DNA from: Desulfurococcaceae archaeon
GTDB lineage: Archaea; Thermoproteota; Thermoprotei_A; Sulfolobales; Desulfurococcaceae
Reading direction: 5' to 3'
Length of the DNA stretch: 64,000 bases
NCBI GenBank assembly: GCA_038824035.1
Contig: JAWBBW010000003.1
Span: forward strand, 1 to 64,000
Of the stretch, positions 8,871 through 19,015 are shown piece after piece. Numbering within the stretch: position 1 is the first letter of the stretch; every line of letters begins with the position of its first letter. The notes beneath the pieces were generated by a model, which did not search any database, had not been told where the DNA came from, and saw only the letters and a list, made by a program, of their open reading frames with translations. Both the position numbers and the translations under genes were made by a program.

Positions 8871-9704
8871 TTGAGTATCGAGGTTAGAAAGGTCATAAAG
8901 GTTGGCAAACAGTCCAGTGCCATTGTAATACCATCAACTTGGATGAGTCAACTTGGACTTAACATAGGTGATCAAGTTAAACTAGTATATGATGGCAATA
9001 GAATAGTCATAACACCAATAAAAGAGGCTGAGTTGTTCCGGGGGCAAATAACGATTGAAGGCGCGGATAAAATAGCACTTGCTAAGTTAATAGCAGCTTT
9101 CATGGAAGGTGTTGCTACTGTTAAATTTAAAGCGGATTATGAAGATGCAGTTAAATTACTAAATGAATTGAAAAAAGAGGTTCCCTCAGTTATATTCATT
9201 GCAAGACCTGATAATAGATATCACACTGTTATATTTCCCGATATCAGTGTGGATTACAGTGAACTTCTTGTGAAGTTTTGCGAAGTTTTTAAGAAAATAG
9301 TAAGACGTGAAGGCGAATTAAATATTTTGTTATCTGATTTCAAATATACACAGTTATTGTTGTTAAGATTACTTAAGATTAAATACTATGGAGACAATTT
9401 AAATATACCTGAAGCGTTGGATGTTGTGTTATTTGCTAATGTATTGAGGGAAATTGTTGATTTAATTATAGATAGGAACATTCAAATCAACGAGGAACTC
9501 GAGGACATAGTCTCACTATTAGTTGATCAATTCTGTGGCAATGACTTGGATGCCGCAGTTAAAATAGCTAGTAATATTATGGTCAAAGCTGATAAATTTC
9601 CACCTGAGATGCAAAAACATGTTTCAATGCTCATTGAATTGATATTCAGACGATGTATAAGGGATAAGGCATGTAGATGTAAACACTTCTTTCCCAAGAT
9701 CTAG
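8871..9704 (+). CDS. AbrB/SpoVT DNA-binding domain + PhoU-like regulator with Cys-rich tail
   Basis: EVRKVIKVGKQSSAIVIPSTWMSQLGLNIGDQV AbrB fold; LIAAFMEG; ends RRCIRDKACRCKHF. Confidence 0.8.
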   Translation: MSIEVRKVIKVGKQSSAIVIPSTWMSQLGLNIGDQVKLVYDGNRIVITPIKEAELFRGQITIEGADKIALAKLIAAFMEGVATVKFKADYEDAVKLLNELKKEVPSVIFIARPDNRYHTVIFPDISVDYSELLVKFCEVFKKIVRREGELNILLSDFKYTQLLLLRLLKIKYYGDNLNIPEALDVVLFANVLREIVDLIIDRNIQINEELEDIVSLLVDQFCGNDLDAAVKIASNIMVKADKFPPEMQKHVSMLIELIFRRCIRDKACRCKHFFPKI

Positions 9705-10110
9705 TCTTAATTCAGCCAGGTTTAATTTGGTTTACTTTAATATAGTCTGTAATGACAGGGCATTGTTGGGGATATCATTCTATCAAGGGAAATTAGAACA
9801 CATGTACTGTACATGGAATTTTAAATGTGAAGGAATTTGGAAAAACTTCCATGATACAAAATATGGGAGATGGCGAAACCACTTAGTATTGTACTGCACA
9901 ATTACATGCATATGCATGAGAGTTGGTTTAATAAATGAACCAAGTAATGAGGTAATATATTATACACGGTAATTATTGCAGAACATTTCGATCAGGGGAA
10001 TAGAGGATATTACTGCCATAAGGGGCATCTACATTCTCAATAATGATCATTGAAATACTATTTTTCTTCATGTTTGTTTCATTTTTAACAACAATCCTTG
10101 TAATTCATAG

Positions 10111-11112
10111 TTGGTGGGAATAATGGTTTACGTGTTCAATAAGGTCATCGTTACAGGTGGGGCAGGGTTTATTGGGAGCCATATTGTGGACTATATAATA
10201 GGCAACAAGCTGGCCGAGCACGTCGTGGTAATAGATAATCTAAGTAGTGGATCGGTGGAGAATATTGAACAATGGATAAATACCGGTTCATTACAACTAA
10301 TCGTAGCTGATTTGAAGAAATTTGATGAGAAATGGGTAACGGCGTTTAAAGGGGTAGATGCTGTTCTACACCTAGCCGCTAACCCCGAGGTAAGGATTTC
10401 CTCAATAGAGCCTAGGGTTCATTTCGAGGAAAACGTCGTGGCCACTTTCAACGTGCTCGAGGCCTCCCGTGTACACGATGTAGGGGTACATTTTTTTGCA
10501 TCGAGTTCAACTGTTTACGGTGATGCCAGGGTAATACCAACCCCTGAGACCTATCCATTGGAACCTATATCTGTGTATGGCGCATCTAAGGCAGCTTGCG
10601 AAATGCTCTATCACTCGTATCACAAGCTATATGGATTCAGCGTGGCCATAGCCAGGTATGCGAATATCATAGGCCCTAGATCCACGCATGGAGTTGTAGT
10701 CGATTTCATTAAGAAACTGAGGAAAAATCCATTCAAATTAGAAATACTAGGTGATGGGGCCCAGAGGAAAAGCTACCTCTACATATCAGATGCCGTAGAG
10801 GCATCGATGATGCTCCTAGACCTATGTAAAAAGAACAGAGGATTTCACGTGTTCAACGTCGGTAACGAGGACTGGGTGACAGTGAGAGAGATAGCTGACA
10901 TAGTTGTCAAGGAAATGGGGCTTGTAAATGTCGAATACGTGCACAGGCCAATGACACCTGATGGACGTGGGTGGCCTGGCGATGTCAAGTTGATGCTACT
11001 TGATATAAGCAAGTTGAAAGAACTGGGTTGGAGACCTAAAATACCATCTACACTAGCTATTAAAATAACAGCGAGAGAACATATTGCGCGGATCGCGGGA
11101 AATGTCCAATAG
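10111..11112 (+). CDS. NAD-dependent epimerase/dehydratase (UDP-glucose 4-epimerase-like)
   Basis: TGGAGFIG, ASSSTVYG, YGASK, RYANIIGP. Confidence 0.92.
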   Translation: MVGIMVYVFNKVIVTGGAGFIGSHIVDYIIGNKLAEHVVVIDNLSSGSVENIEQWINTGSLQLIVADLKKFDEKWVTAFKGVDAVLHLAANPEVRISSIEPRVHFEENVVATFNVLEASRVHDVGVHFFASSSTVYGDARVIPTPETYPLEPISVYGASKAACEMLYHSYHKLYGFSVAIARYANIIGPRSTHGVVVDFIKKLRKNPFKLEILGDGAQRKSYLYISDAVEASMMLLDLCKKNRGFHVFNVGNEDWVTVREIADIVVKEMGLVNVEYVHRPMTPDGRGWPGDVKLMLLDISKLKELGWRPKIPSTLAIKITAREHIARIAGNVQ

Positions 11113-11653
11113 GTATTGGCAATGAAAAGGGGTTTAAAAAATCACTTATATAGGTCTCTGTAAATCATATCTATGCATATCTTCGCTAATAAAATATCAC
11201 TAGTTGTAGCCAAAGTTGCTAGGCAATCGTATTTACCCCTTTTCGCAATCTCTCTGCCCATCGTTCCCGTGTGGTTATCTCTACCCATCGATCTACTCGT
11301 GTTCCCATATATTCTCGATTTAGTAAAGCCTTTAAACAGACTAAGCAGATTCGAGATATTCATACTTTTCACCACTCGTATATATCATGATTATGTTGGT
11401 AAAAATCCCCTTAAAAACTTTATTTAATATATATAGATTTAAGAATCCCATATATATTAAACCGAGAGTGATATATACTATTATATATTGTATTAAGCTA
11501 GAATCCCATGAAATATCACTGTAATAACCGACCTTGGAGATGTATTCACGAGTCACTATCCCTGGTATATATCCACATATTACCCATTTTTGTCCTATAT
11601 GGTATTGAAAAGTATTTAAACCACAGGGGGTTATTATATCTATAACAACTAGT

Positions 11654-13270
11654 GTGAACGGGGGGAAAATGTCATCGCAGGAATCTGGCCCAAGGGAGTT
11701 GTGGGCCACTAGGGTTGGATTGATATTAGCAATGGCTGGCAATGCGATTGGCCTGGGTAATTTCCTGAGATTTCCTGGAAGAGTAGCACTATATGGAGGC
11801 GGGGCATATTTAATCCCCTACTTCATAGCACTTTTAATACTAGGTCTACCAATAATGTGGCTTGAATGGGCGATAGGCAGGTATGGTGGACAAGTTAGAG
11901 CACATTGGCTTGGGCCAATGATGTATATGATCACAAAGAAGAAGCTCGGAGAGCACAGGGCAAAGATAATTGCAGGCGTGTTCGGCGGCTTAACACTATG
12001 TGTGGCAATATTGTTGAACGCGTATTATACCAACCTGATAGGTTGGACAGCTTTCTGGGCTGGTATGTCGATATCGGGCAAGGTGGCGGAGATAACAGAG
12101 GTGGGGCAAGCAGTTGGTTACCTGGTTAAGATCATAAGTGACCCAGTTTACAATCTCGTTCCATGGGTAGTGTCGTTATTAGTAATAGGCCTAGTGGTCT
12201 CACCAGGCGTGTCAAAAGGACTTGAGAGAGCGGCCAAGGTCATGATGCCCTTGTTATTCATATTTGCAATCGCATTGCTAATAACATCGCTTACGTGGAG
12301 AACCCCCATAAAGCCGGAATGGGATTCGATCAAGGGATTTCTGTGGTTGTGGACACCTAGGCCCGAGAAACTAGCTGATCCAGCATCCTGGTTAGAAGGG
12401 GCTGGCCAGATATTCTTCACTCTCAGCCTTGGCATAGCGGGTATAATACCAACATATGCCAGCTACATTAAGCGAGAAGACGACATAGCTTTAAGCGCTT
12501 TGACCACAGCGTCTTTAAACGAATTTGCAGAAGTCATATGTGGAGGCACAATAGCGTTCTCACTGGGATACGCCTTTGGCGGTGAACTCCCCATAGGCAT
12601 GGTCTATGTGGATGGTAAATCCCCGTTCTTCCTAGCTATGGCGGTTTATCCAGCATTCTTTGGTAAATTAGGAGGAGTGGGCTCTTTCTTAGGCTCAGTG
12701 TGGTACCTGTTATTCTGGTTCGCTGGCGTGACCTCGGCAGTGGCGATATTGAACACCATTGCGGAGATGTTCCAAGACCTCGGATTAAAAAGGTCTACGG
12801 CGACTTTCATAGGAATATTACTACACTTCATTTTCGGCGTTCCAATAGCCATAGAAGGGATGATGACTGTAGCATATGACTGGGGCCCCTCAACAGTTTA
12901 TCTAGATTTCACAGACTTCTTCGTCGGTTCATTCCTACTCGTGGTGACAGCGTTCCTGGAGACGATATTTGCCGGCGAATTCATATGGCCAGAAGGATAT
13001 GAAGAAGTGAACCGAGGTGGTTTCATAAAAGTGCCGAAGTGGATTTGGAAATATGTATTATCGATAATAGCACCAATATACTTATTAGGAATGCTGATCT
13101 GGTTACCTTGGAGCGCTAGATTAGGGAAATTAATTGAAACTGGTGCACCAATGGAATGGCTTGGCCCTACATTGGCCGGCATATCGCTATTATTTACAGT
13201 GGCGATCTTTATCATGGGCTATGTTATAGCGGTGAAAGCTGTGGAGAAGTCCTTTAAAGGCAAGGGGTGA
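11654..13270 (+). CDS. NSS/SNF family sodium-dependent amino acid transporter
   Basis: AGNAIGLGNFLRFP, GGGAYLIPY, QIFFTLSLG; many TM helices; true start may be the ATG at 11669. Confidence 0.93.
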   Translation: MNGGKMSSQESGPRELWATRVGLILAMAGNAIGLGNFLRFPGRVALYGGGAYLIPYFIALLILGLPIMWLEWAIGRYGGQVRAHWLGPMMYMITKKKLGEHRAKIIAGVFGGLTLCVAILLNAYYTNLIGWTAFWAGMSISGKVAEITEVGQAVGYLVKIISDPVYNLVPWVVSLLVIGLVVSPGVSKGLERAAKVMMPLLFIFAIALLITSLTWRTPIKPEWDSIKGFLWLWTPRPEKLADPASWLEGAGQIFFTLSLGIAGIIPTYASYIKREDDIALSALTTASLNEFAEVICGGTIAFSLGYAFGGELPIGMVYVDGKSPFFLAMAVYPAFFGKLGGVGSFLGSVWYLLFWFAGVTSAVAILNTIAEMFQDLGLKRSTATFIGILLHFIFGVPIAIEGMMTVAYDWGPSTVYLDFTDFFVGSFLLVVTAFLETIFAGEFIWPEGYEEVNRGGFIKVPKWIWKYVLSIIAPIYLLGMLIWLPWSARLGKLIETGAPMEWLGPTLAGISLLFTVAIFIMGYVIAVKAVEKSFKGKG

Positions 13271-13274
13271 GATC

Positions 13275-13430
13275 GTGGAGACCATAGGCATATATAAGAA
13301 CATCCCTCTGACAATTGATCCATCATTGGCAACGGTTTTCGCCGTTATAGGATGGCTCATTGTATTATGTCTAGTTCTTTACACAGTATATAAATGGACA
13401 GGGATCCGTAGAAAGGAGGTAAAGAAATAA
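13275..13430 (+). CDS. 51-aa single-TM protein, putative MetS-like small subunit of the NSS transporter (not in ORF track)
   Basis: GTG start after GGGGTGA RBS; METIGIYKNIPLTIDPSLATVFAVIGWLIVLCLVLYTVYKWTGIRRKEVKK; fills the gap between flanking genes. Confidence 0.75.
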   Translation: METIGIYKNIPLTIDPSLATVFAVIGWLIVLCLVLYTVYKWTGIRRKEVKK

Positions 13431-13431
13431 G

Positions 13432-14124
13432 ATGCTTGAAAACACAATAAATGATCTAGATAAAATCCTTTTTTACCTTCGTTCACATAACATTTCCCAT
13501 ACATATGAGATTTGCCTGAAAACACGTGATAGGCTTGAGAAAATCCGTGGCTATTCAGAACTGAGCGGGGATGCTAGCAAAGTATACTCGAAGCTCGTAG
13601 ATGACCTGGATGTGCTAAAGAAGTGTGTCTCCAAGTCAAGGCCGGGTATAGCCAATGCATGTAGAAAAGAAGCATACAATGTCTATAAGGATGCTGTCTT
13701 ACTCTCAGCCATAGTTACTGGCGAGATCAGGGAACTCGTTAAAGCCAGGAGGGCTGGATATTTAGCAATAGCTATGGGATTGCCCACGGCGGCCTTGTTC
13801 GGCCTAAGCCCTATGGCGATAGCGTTAATATTCATCGGCGTTTTATGGACATATTTCCACTTTGTAAGGCTAAGGCTAATAGGCTGGGTTACATTGACAA
13901 TTACGTTGTTCTTGATATCCCCTTTCCTAATTAACTCGATTCGATACTTTTTCCACGCATTGCTAGATCCCGGGGAAATAGAATACATAGCGAACGAACT
14001 TAGCATAGGCTACACAGGGGCATTGATCATGACGATAACGCTACTTGCAATATCGCTGACAGCGTTTACGCTATCGTTGTATTCACTAATCAAGCTCTTC
14101 AAATACCGTGTTCTATTTCACTGA
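13432..14124 (+). CDS. Hypothetical membrane protein (soluble helical N-terminus, about 4 TM)
   Basis: GGAGGT RBS; operonic with NSS transporter; hydrophobic C-terminal half. Confidence 0.7.
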   Translation: MLENTINDLDKILFYLRSHNISHTYEICLKTRDRLEKIRGYSELSGDASKVYSKLVDDLDVLKKCVSKSRPGIANACRKEAYNVYKDAVLLSAIVTGEIRELVKARRAGYLAIAMGLPTAALFGLSPMAIALIFIGVLWTYFHFVRLRLIGWVTLTITLFLISPFLINSIRYFFHALLDPGEIEYIANELSIGYTGALIMTITLLAISLTAFTLSLYSLIKLFKYRVLFH

Positions 14125-14514
14125 AAACTCTAAACCATGTTTTCCATTCACCATGATTCTACATTAGCTTGTTCAAGGCTCTTTATCCACATCTTTGTCA
14201 TGATAAGCTATTTTGGGGAACTTGTATACACTGGGCAATTTCTTAGAGATATTTACCAGATCACCGGGAGACATTGCCATTTGAACTTAATTTTCCATTG
14301 ATCCGTTTTCCGTAATTGAGTTAAAATGATCGCTCGAAACCAGTTCATGTCAGAGTAACCAAGGGTAAAACAGGTTCTTGTTAAAACAGATCTCAATAAG
14401 TACGAGTAATCGAATATCAGGTAGTGGTTATTATATCATTATATGACCGGTTTATATAATTTATTTTTAAATTTCTAGAACATATATAGCCCCGGGAAGC
14501 CCCTGGTGGTCGTA

Positions 14515-14574
14515 ATGTCCGCGAAAGGTGAAAAGAAGAAAGAGGAGAAAAAGGAGGAAAAGAAAAAGAAATAG
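14515..14574 (+). CDS. Putative 19-aa Lys/Glu-rich micropeptide MSAKGEKKKEEKKEEKKKK
   Basis: GGTGG RBS 5 nt before ATG; TTTTAAAT and TATATA boxes upstream; mixed synonymous codons. Confidence 0.5.
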   Translation: MSAKGEKKKEEKKEEKKKK

Positions 14575-14706
14575 GTCACCACTTCTTAGCCATGTGCTTA
14601 ATTACCCACCTAGAAACTCACGCTTATTTTTTATTCAACTTCTTCATTTAGAATCTAGTTGAAAACGCATATATACTCATGCCTTTTGATTATATATCGT
14701 GGGATC

Positions 14707-16044
14707 ATGGGGTTAAAAGAATATTTCGAATTAGAGAAATATAAAACCAATATCAAGAGAGAAGTTCTTGCTGGCGCGACCACGTTTCTAGCAATGGCTT
14801 ACATAATTCTGGTAAACCCCTCAATATTGTATGTTGGCGGTGTGCCGTTCGGCCCGGCGATCATAGCTACAATCGTGACGGCGGCAGTCTCCACTATTTT
14901 AACAGGTATATATGCGAGGAAGCCCTTCGCTATGGCTCCCTATATGGGGGAGAACGCGTTATTCGCTTTCGCCATAGTCCCGATGCTATTATCCATTGGC
15001 TATCCAATTGAAAACGCGTGGAAATTAGCACTAGGGGCTGTTTTCTGGGGAGGCGTGATATTCCTCATAGTCTCACTCACAGGTGTCAGAGCCGTTATGG
15101 CCAGGGCGGTTCCAATGCCGATTTCGCTGAGCTGGGCAGTGGGCATAGGGCTGTTCCTAATGTTCATAGGGTTCGCTAATGCTGGCATAGCGGTTGCTGG
15201 GATCGGCACACCAGTCAAGGTAGGAGACTTGACTGCTACTAGGCCATTAGTAGCCATTGCCGGGACAATAGTGACCATTGCACTATATGTACTCAGAGTA
15301 CCTGGTTCCATATTAATAGGTATAATCGCAACCATGTTCATAGCGGCGATTGCGGGGATACCAGCTCTTCACCCTGAGGCACAATTGGGTTTCCCCAATT
15401 GGATGGAAATATTCGGGCAACTCGATGTGGTCAACTCGCTAAGAGTGCCGCAACTAATACCAATGATAGTCCTGCTATTCCTAGTTGACATATTCGATAC
15501 ATTGGGCACAGTTGCTGGACTAGGGGCTAAGGCTGGGTTTGTGGATGAGAAAGGGAGAGTTGTTGGCATGGAGAAAGTATTCCACATAGATGCGCTTGCA
15601 ACGGTCATAGGAGCCATCTTCGGGACAAGCACAACCGGTACATACATAGAATCGGCAGCTGGAATAGAAATGGGAGGTAGAACTGGGCTCACGGCATTGG
15701 TAACCGGTGTATTGTTCTTGATAACATTACCGCTTGTCACTTTCATATCAATGCTAGATCCAGGTTTCTTAACACTGGCTGGCGCCCCGGCATTAATAGT
15801 GATTGGGATCATAATGTTGAGCGCCTTGAGGGGGATAAATTTCGAAAACCCGGTAGAAGCAATACCAGCTGCTATGGCCATAGGCTTCATGATATTCACC
15901 TACAACATCTCACTGGGCATAGCAGCCAGCCTGATAGCATATCCCTTGGTGGCCACAGCTGCTGGCAAATTCAAGGAAGTGCACCCAGTATCGTGGATTT
16001 TGGCTATACTAAGTCTATTGCTATTTATATTCTATCCCTATTAG
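14707..16044 (+). CDS. NCS2/AzgA family purine permease
   Basis: REVLAGATTFLAMAYIILVNP, APYMGEN, DIFDTLGT, YIESAAGI..GGRTGL; start moved to MGLKEYF. Confidence 0.92.
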   Translation: MGLKEYFELEKYKTNIKREVLAGATTFLAMAYIILVNPSILYVGGVPFGPAIIATIVTAAVSTILTGIYARKPFAMAPYMGENALFAFAIVPMLLSIGYPIENAWKLALGAVFWGGVIFLIVSLTGVRAVMARAVPMPISLSWAVGIGLFLMFIGFANAGIAVAGIGTPVKVGDLTATRPLVAIAGTIVTIALYVLRVPGSILIGIIATMFIAAIAGIPALHPEAQLGFPNWMEIFGQLDVVNSLRVPQLIPMIVLLFLVDIFDTLGTVAGLGAKAGFVDEKGRVVGMEKVFHIDALATVIGAIFGTSTTGTYIESAAGIEMGGRTGLTALVTGVLFLITLPLVTFISMLDPGFLTLAGAPALIVIGIIMLSALRGINFENPVEAIPAAMAIGFMIFTYNISLGIAASLIAYPLVATAAGKFKEVHPVSWILAILSLLLFIFYPY

Positions 16045-16184
16045 TTTTTCCCACACTCTTCATACCTTGAACTGATTACGAAAAACGTGAAACCTCGTTA
16101 ATGCTAGGTGTTTCAATAGTTTAATATGTAGCTAATTGCCTTGATCGAGGCACTCACGGCATTTGATCTATAATTCACTGGGCC

Positions 16185-17600
16185 TCATTTTAAGTGCTTA
16201 GCCAATATATCTTTGAATTCGTCTATACACATGGATATCTCTTTGTCGGTTAATACATGGAGTCCTTTGTTCCTTCTCCACGCATATATCATTCGCGATA
16301 TCTCGTTGCCTTTCACGAAGTACTCTATTCTAAAGTTCACATCGCCGATCGAGCTTATGTTTCTATACACCTGTTCATCAACAAACGCATTGATAGATAT
16401 CAACACGGTGTTCATGGATTTCAAGTAATTGACTTTATTATACAATGCGACGTAAAAACCTCTTGAAGCATGTGTTAACACATGTACTCCGTGGAACACT
16501 ATTATATCTGGTTTAACCTTTTTTATAAATGATAGTTCATGTGCAAGTAATTGCGCATAGTTATATGAATATGGATTTATGCCCTCAACGATCACCTGTT
16601 CCTTGAAAAACCTATCGATTTTTTCAACATTGATCCCCGCTTTTTTCAACTCGCTATATACAATATCGATCATAGCGGAGGGCGGTAATAGGTAGCTTAT
16701 GATCAATGTCTTGAGGTTATTTGCAATGGCCATGGCCAATATATCCAGCAGTATCGTGGAATCTATGATCACCTCGGGTGGGTGGAAAATATTTATTAAA
16801 AAGCCCCTATGGTAATGCCCAAAGACCTTTCTCATAACACTGCAAGCTGGCAATATCTCCTCTTTCTGGGGCGATATCTCGCTTAATACTGGGGGTATGA
16901 ATACGTCAATCCCGGTGTTCTCCATTATGAAAAACGGTATCTCGGCCAAGTATATTGGAAAACCCCTTGCCTTTCTAATCTCCATATATCTCGTTAAAAA
17001 CCCATCTTCCACTCTTTGTTTCAATATTATTATGGCGTCTGCCGTGAACTCGATTGAACCCATATTTATTTTCTCTTCCCCAAAGGGCAATTCCACGATA
17101 CATATCAATAACCCGTTCAACGAGTTTGGCAATGCGTAGAAATAGTTTAACAACCATGCACGTTTCTCAGCGTGGTCTTTCACGACATCTAGTAAGACGC
17201 TTATCGAGTCTATCACGAGAATATCGGGTTTTTCCTCTATTAATATCCTATTTATCGAGTCCACTGCATGCTCTATGTCAATAGATGATGGTAATTTAAC
17301 ATACTTGAAAACACCTTTTTCCTCGATGTCTTTTAAATGAATTCCCAGTTTGCTGAGATTTCTATACAGTTTCTCCTTGTCTTCATAGAAAGTTACATAG
17401 ATACATTTATATCCTAGCAATGCATTTGAATAACAAATTTTCGAAGCAAGGGTTGTTTTACCTGAACCAGGGTGGCCGGCGATCACAATCATATATGGCT
17501 GGTTAATGGCGCCCTTAAATAGCTCGTTCAATCCCTCAATGCCAGTTACAAAGCCACTTTTCTGGGCCTCAGTAATGCTCATATATATCGCCAATTTCAC
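16185..17600 (-). CDS. KaiC/RAD55-family ATPase with degenerate second domain
   Basis: TGIEGL, GHPGSGKT Walker A, VIDS Walker B, IRKARG; no Walker A in the C-terminal half. Confidence 0.85.
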   Translation of the reverse strand: MKLAIYMSITEAQKSGFVTGIEGLNELFKGAINQPYMIVIAGHPGSGKTTLASKICYSNALLGYKCIYVTFYEDKEKLYRNLSKLGIHLKDIEEKGVFKYVKLPSSIDIEHAVDSINRILIEEKPDILVIDSISVLLDVVKDHAEKRAWLLNYFYALPNSLNGLLICIVELPFGEEKINMGSIEFTADAIIILKQRVEDGFLTRYMEIRKARGFPIYLAEIPFFIMENTGIDVFIPPVLSEISPQKEEILPACSVMRKVFGHYHRGFLINIFHPPEVIIDSTILLDILAMAIANNLKTLIISYLLPPSAMIDIVYSELKKAGINVEKIDRFFKEQVIVEGINPYSYNYAQLLAHELSFIKKVKPDIIVFHGVHVLTHASRGFYVALYNKVNYLKSMNTVLISINAFVDEQVYRNISSIGDVNFRIEYFVKGNEISRMIYAWRRNKGLHVLTDKEISMCIDEFKDILAKHLK

Positions 17601-17782
17601 TGAGTTTTATGAAGTTAATGGTTATAAAAACTTATAAAGACACTTATCCCACGATCCACTGGCTTCATTTAATCGGATCATCGATGTAGGAGATCTGAAA
17701 GGATCTCGTGAAAAACTATATCACGTACTTAGGGGTAAAGTTTAAAACCCCCATCTCCTTTACCATGATGTGAGGAATCGGG

Positions 17783-19015
17783 TTGGACAAAATGTCCAAG
17801 CATATTGTAACGAGGTCTATACACCATAGATCATTATTGATTGTGGTATTGTTAATACCATTGATTATGTATTTAGCGAATCCCCTCTTGCTAATAGCTG
17901 AGAGAAAAGTAACAGATGCTCTGGGTAGGGAAATAGAGTTACCAGATAACATAGCCGTTGTCGCCACGCTTTCACCATCGTTGACGGAGATATTGGCTGC
18001 CCTAGATCTCTTGGACAATATAAGGGCCTGTGATACATATTCTCTAAACAATGTGTGGTTCATGAACACCAGTGATATCCTCAGAGACAAAGGCGTGAAA
18101 GACCTCGGCGGCTACTGGTGGAGTACTGTTAAAACCCAGGATATACTTGAAATAAATCCTGATCTCGTATTAGCAGATAAAGGGGCTCATAAACCTCTTC
18201 TTCAGTTCTTCGAGGAATATGGCATAAGGGTGTTGTATCTAAACGGAGGCTCAGCCACAAGTATCAACGAGGTATACAATGATATATATATCATTGGATC
18301 GATATTCAACAAGGCCGATAAAGCCCTCGAAGTCGTAGATGAAATAGAGAGGTCGTTCTCACAGTATTTACACATGCTTGACAAATACGGGGGTAAAAAG
18401 ATCTTGATAATACTTGGATTATGGCAAGGCATATGGGTTGCTGGGAAAGGGACGTTTATAGATGATGCATTGACAAGGCTCGGATTAAAAAATGCGGCCA
18501 AGGTATTTGGCTGGGTAGCGGTGAGCATCGAGGACCTCATTTCATGGGATCCCGACATAATCATAATTCCTGAAATGGGCATTACCGAGAAAGACCTTGA
18601 AGAACAAGGGATCATGGCTTTGAACAAGCCCGTGGTCTTTCTCAACACAACTGAGACAGATATATTATTAAGACCAGGCCCGCTTCTAAAATATCTCCCT
18701 GAAACCATGTACAAGGTGCTCACAGCGGTGTTTGCCTATGAGGAAACCCCGTTTCCTGTTACTACTACAACATTGACCATCCCGAGTGCTGGCGAGGAAT
18801 ACGTGGTAACCAAGGTGTTCACAGAGACTGTAAGAGAATTTGTGACGATAACCGAGGCCATTACCGTGCCCGTGACCATGGTTACCACTCTCACAGTATT
18901 ACCAACAGAATTACAATCGGAGACCAATATAGCTGTGCTCATCGCGGTGGTGATCGTCGGCCTCATAGTGGGCCTGTTGATCGGGTATTACATTAGTTTG
19001 AAGAGACATCGGTGA
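17783..19015 (+). CDS. ABC transporter substrate-binding protein (cobalamin/Fe-siderophore type) with Thr-rich linker and C-terminal TM anchor
   Basis: TDALGRE, SPSLTEIL, NPDLVL, RPGP motifs of BtuF/FhuD-like proteins. Confidence 0.88.
   Translation: MDKMSKHIVTRSIHHRSLLIVVLLIPLIMYLANPLLLIAERKVTDALGREIELPDNIAVVATLSPSLTEILAALDLLDNIRACDTYSLNNVWFMNTSDILRDKGVKDLGGYWWSTVKTQDILEINPDLVLADKGAHKPLLQFFEEYGIRVLYLNGGSATSINEVYNDIYIIGSIFNKADKALEVVDEIERSFSQYLHMLDKYGGKKILIILGLWQGIWVAGKGTFIDDALTRLGLKNAAKVFGWVAVSIEDLISWDPDIIIIPEMGITEKDLEEQGIMALNKPVVFLNTTETDILLRPGPLLKYLPETMYKVLTAVFAYEETPFPVTTTTLTIPSAGEEYVVTKVFTETVREFVTITEAITVPVTMVTTLTVLPTELQSETNIAVLIAVVIVGLIVGLLIGYYISLKRHR

Noticed and set aside
9727-9972. 81-aa ORF and nearby CATG-based palindromes (CATGTACTGTACATG, CATGCATATGCATG)
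   Set aside because: No RBS or motif; the palindromes differ from the hydrogenase promoter motif and may be chance in AT-rich DNA
11142-11650. Overlapping short ORFs between the epimerase and NSS transporter
   Set aside because: Mutually overlapping with no family signal; likely spurious or degraded
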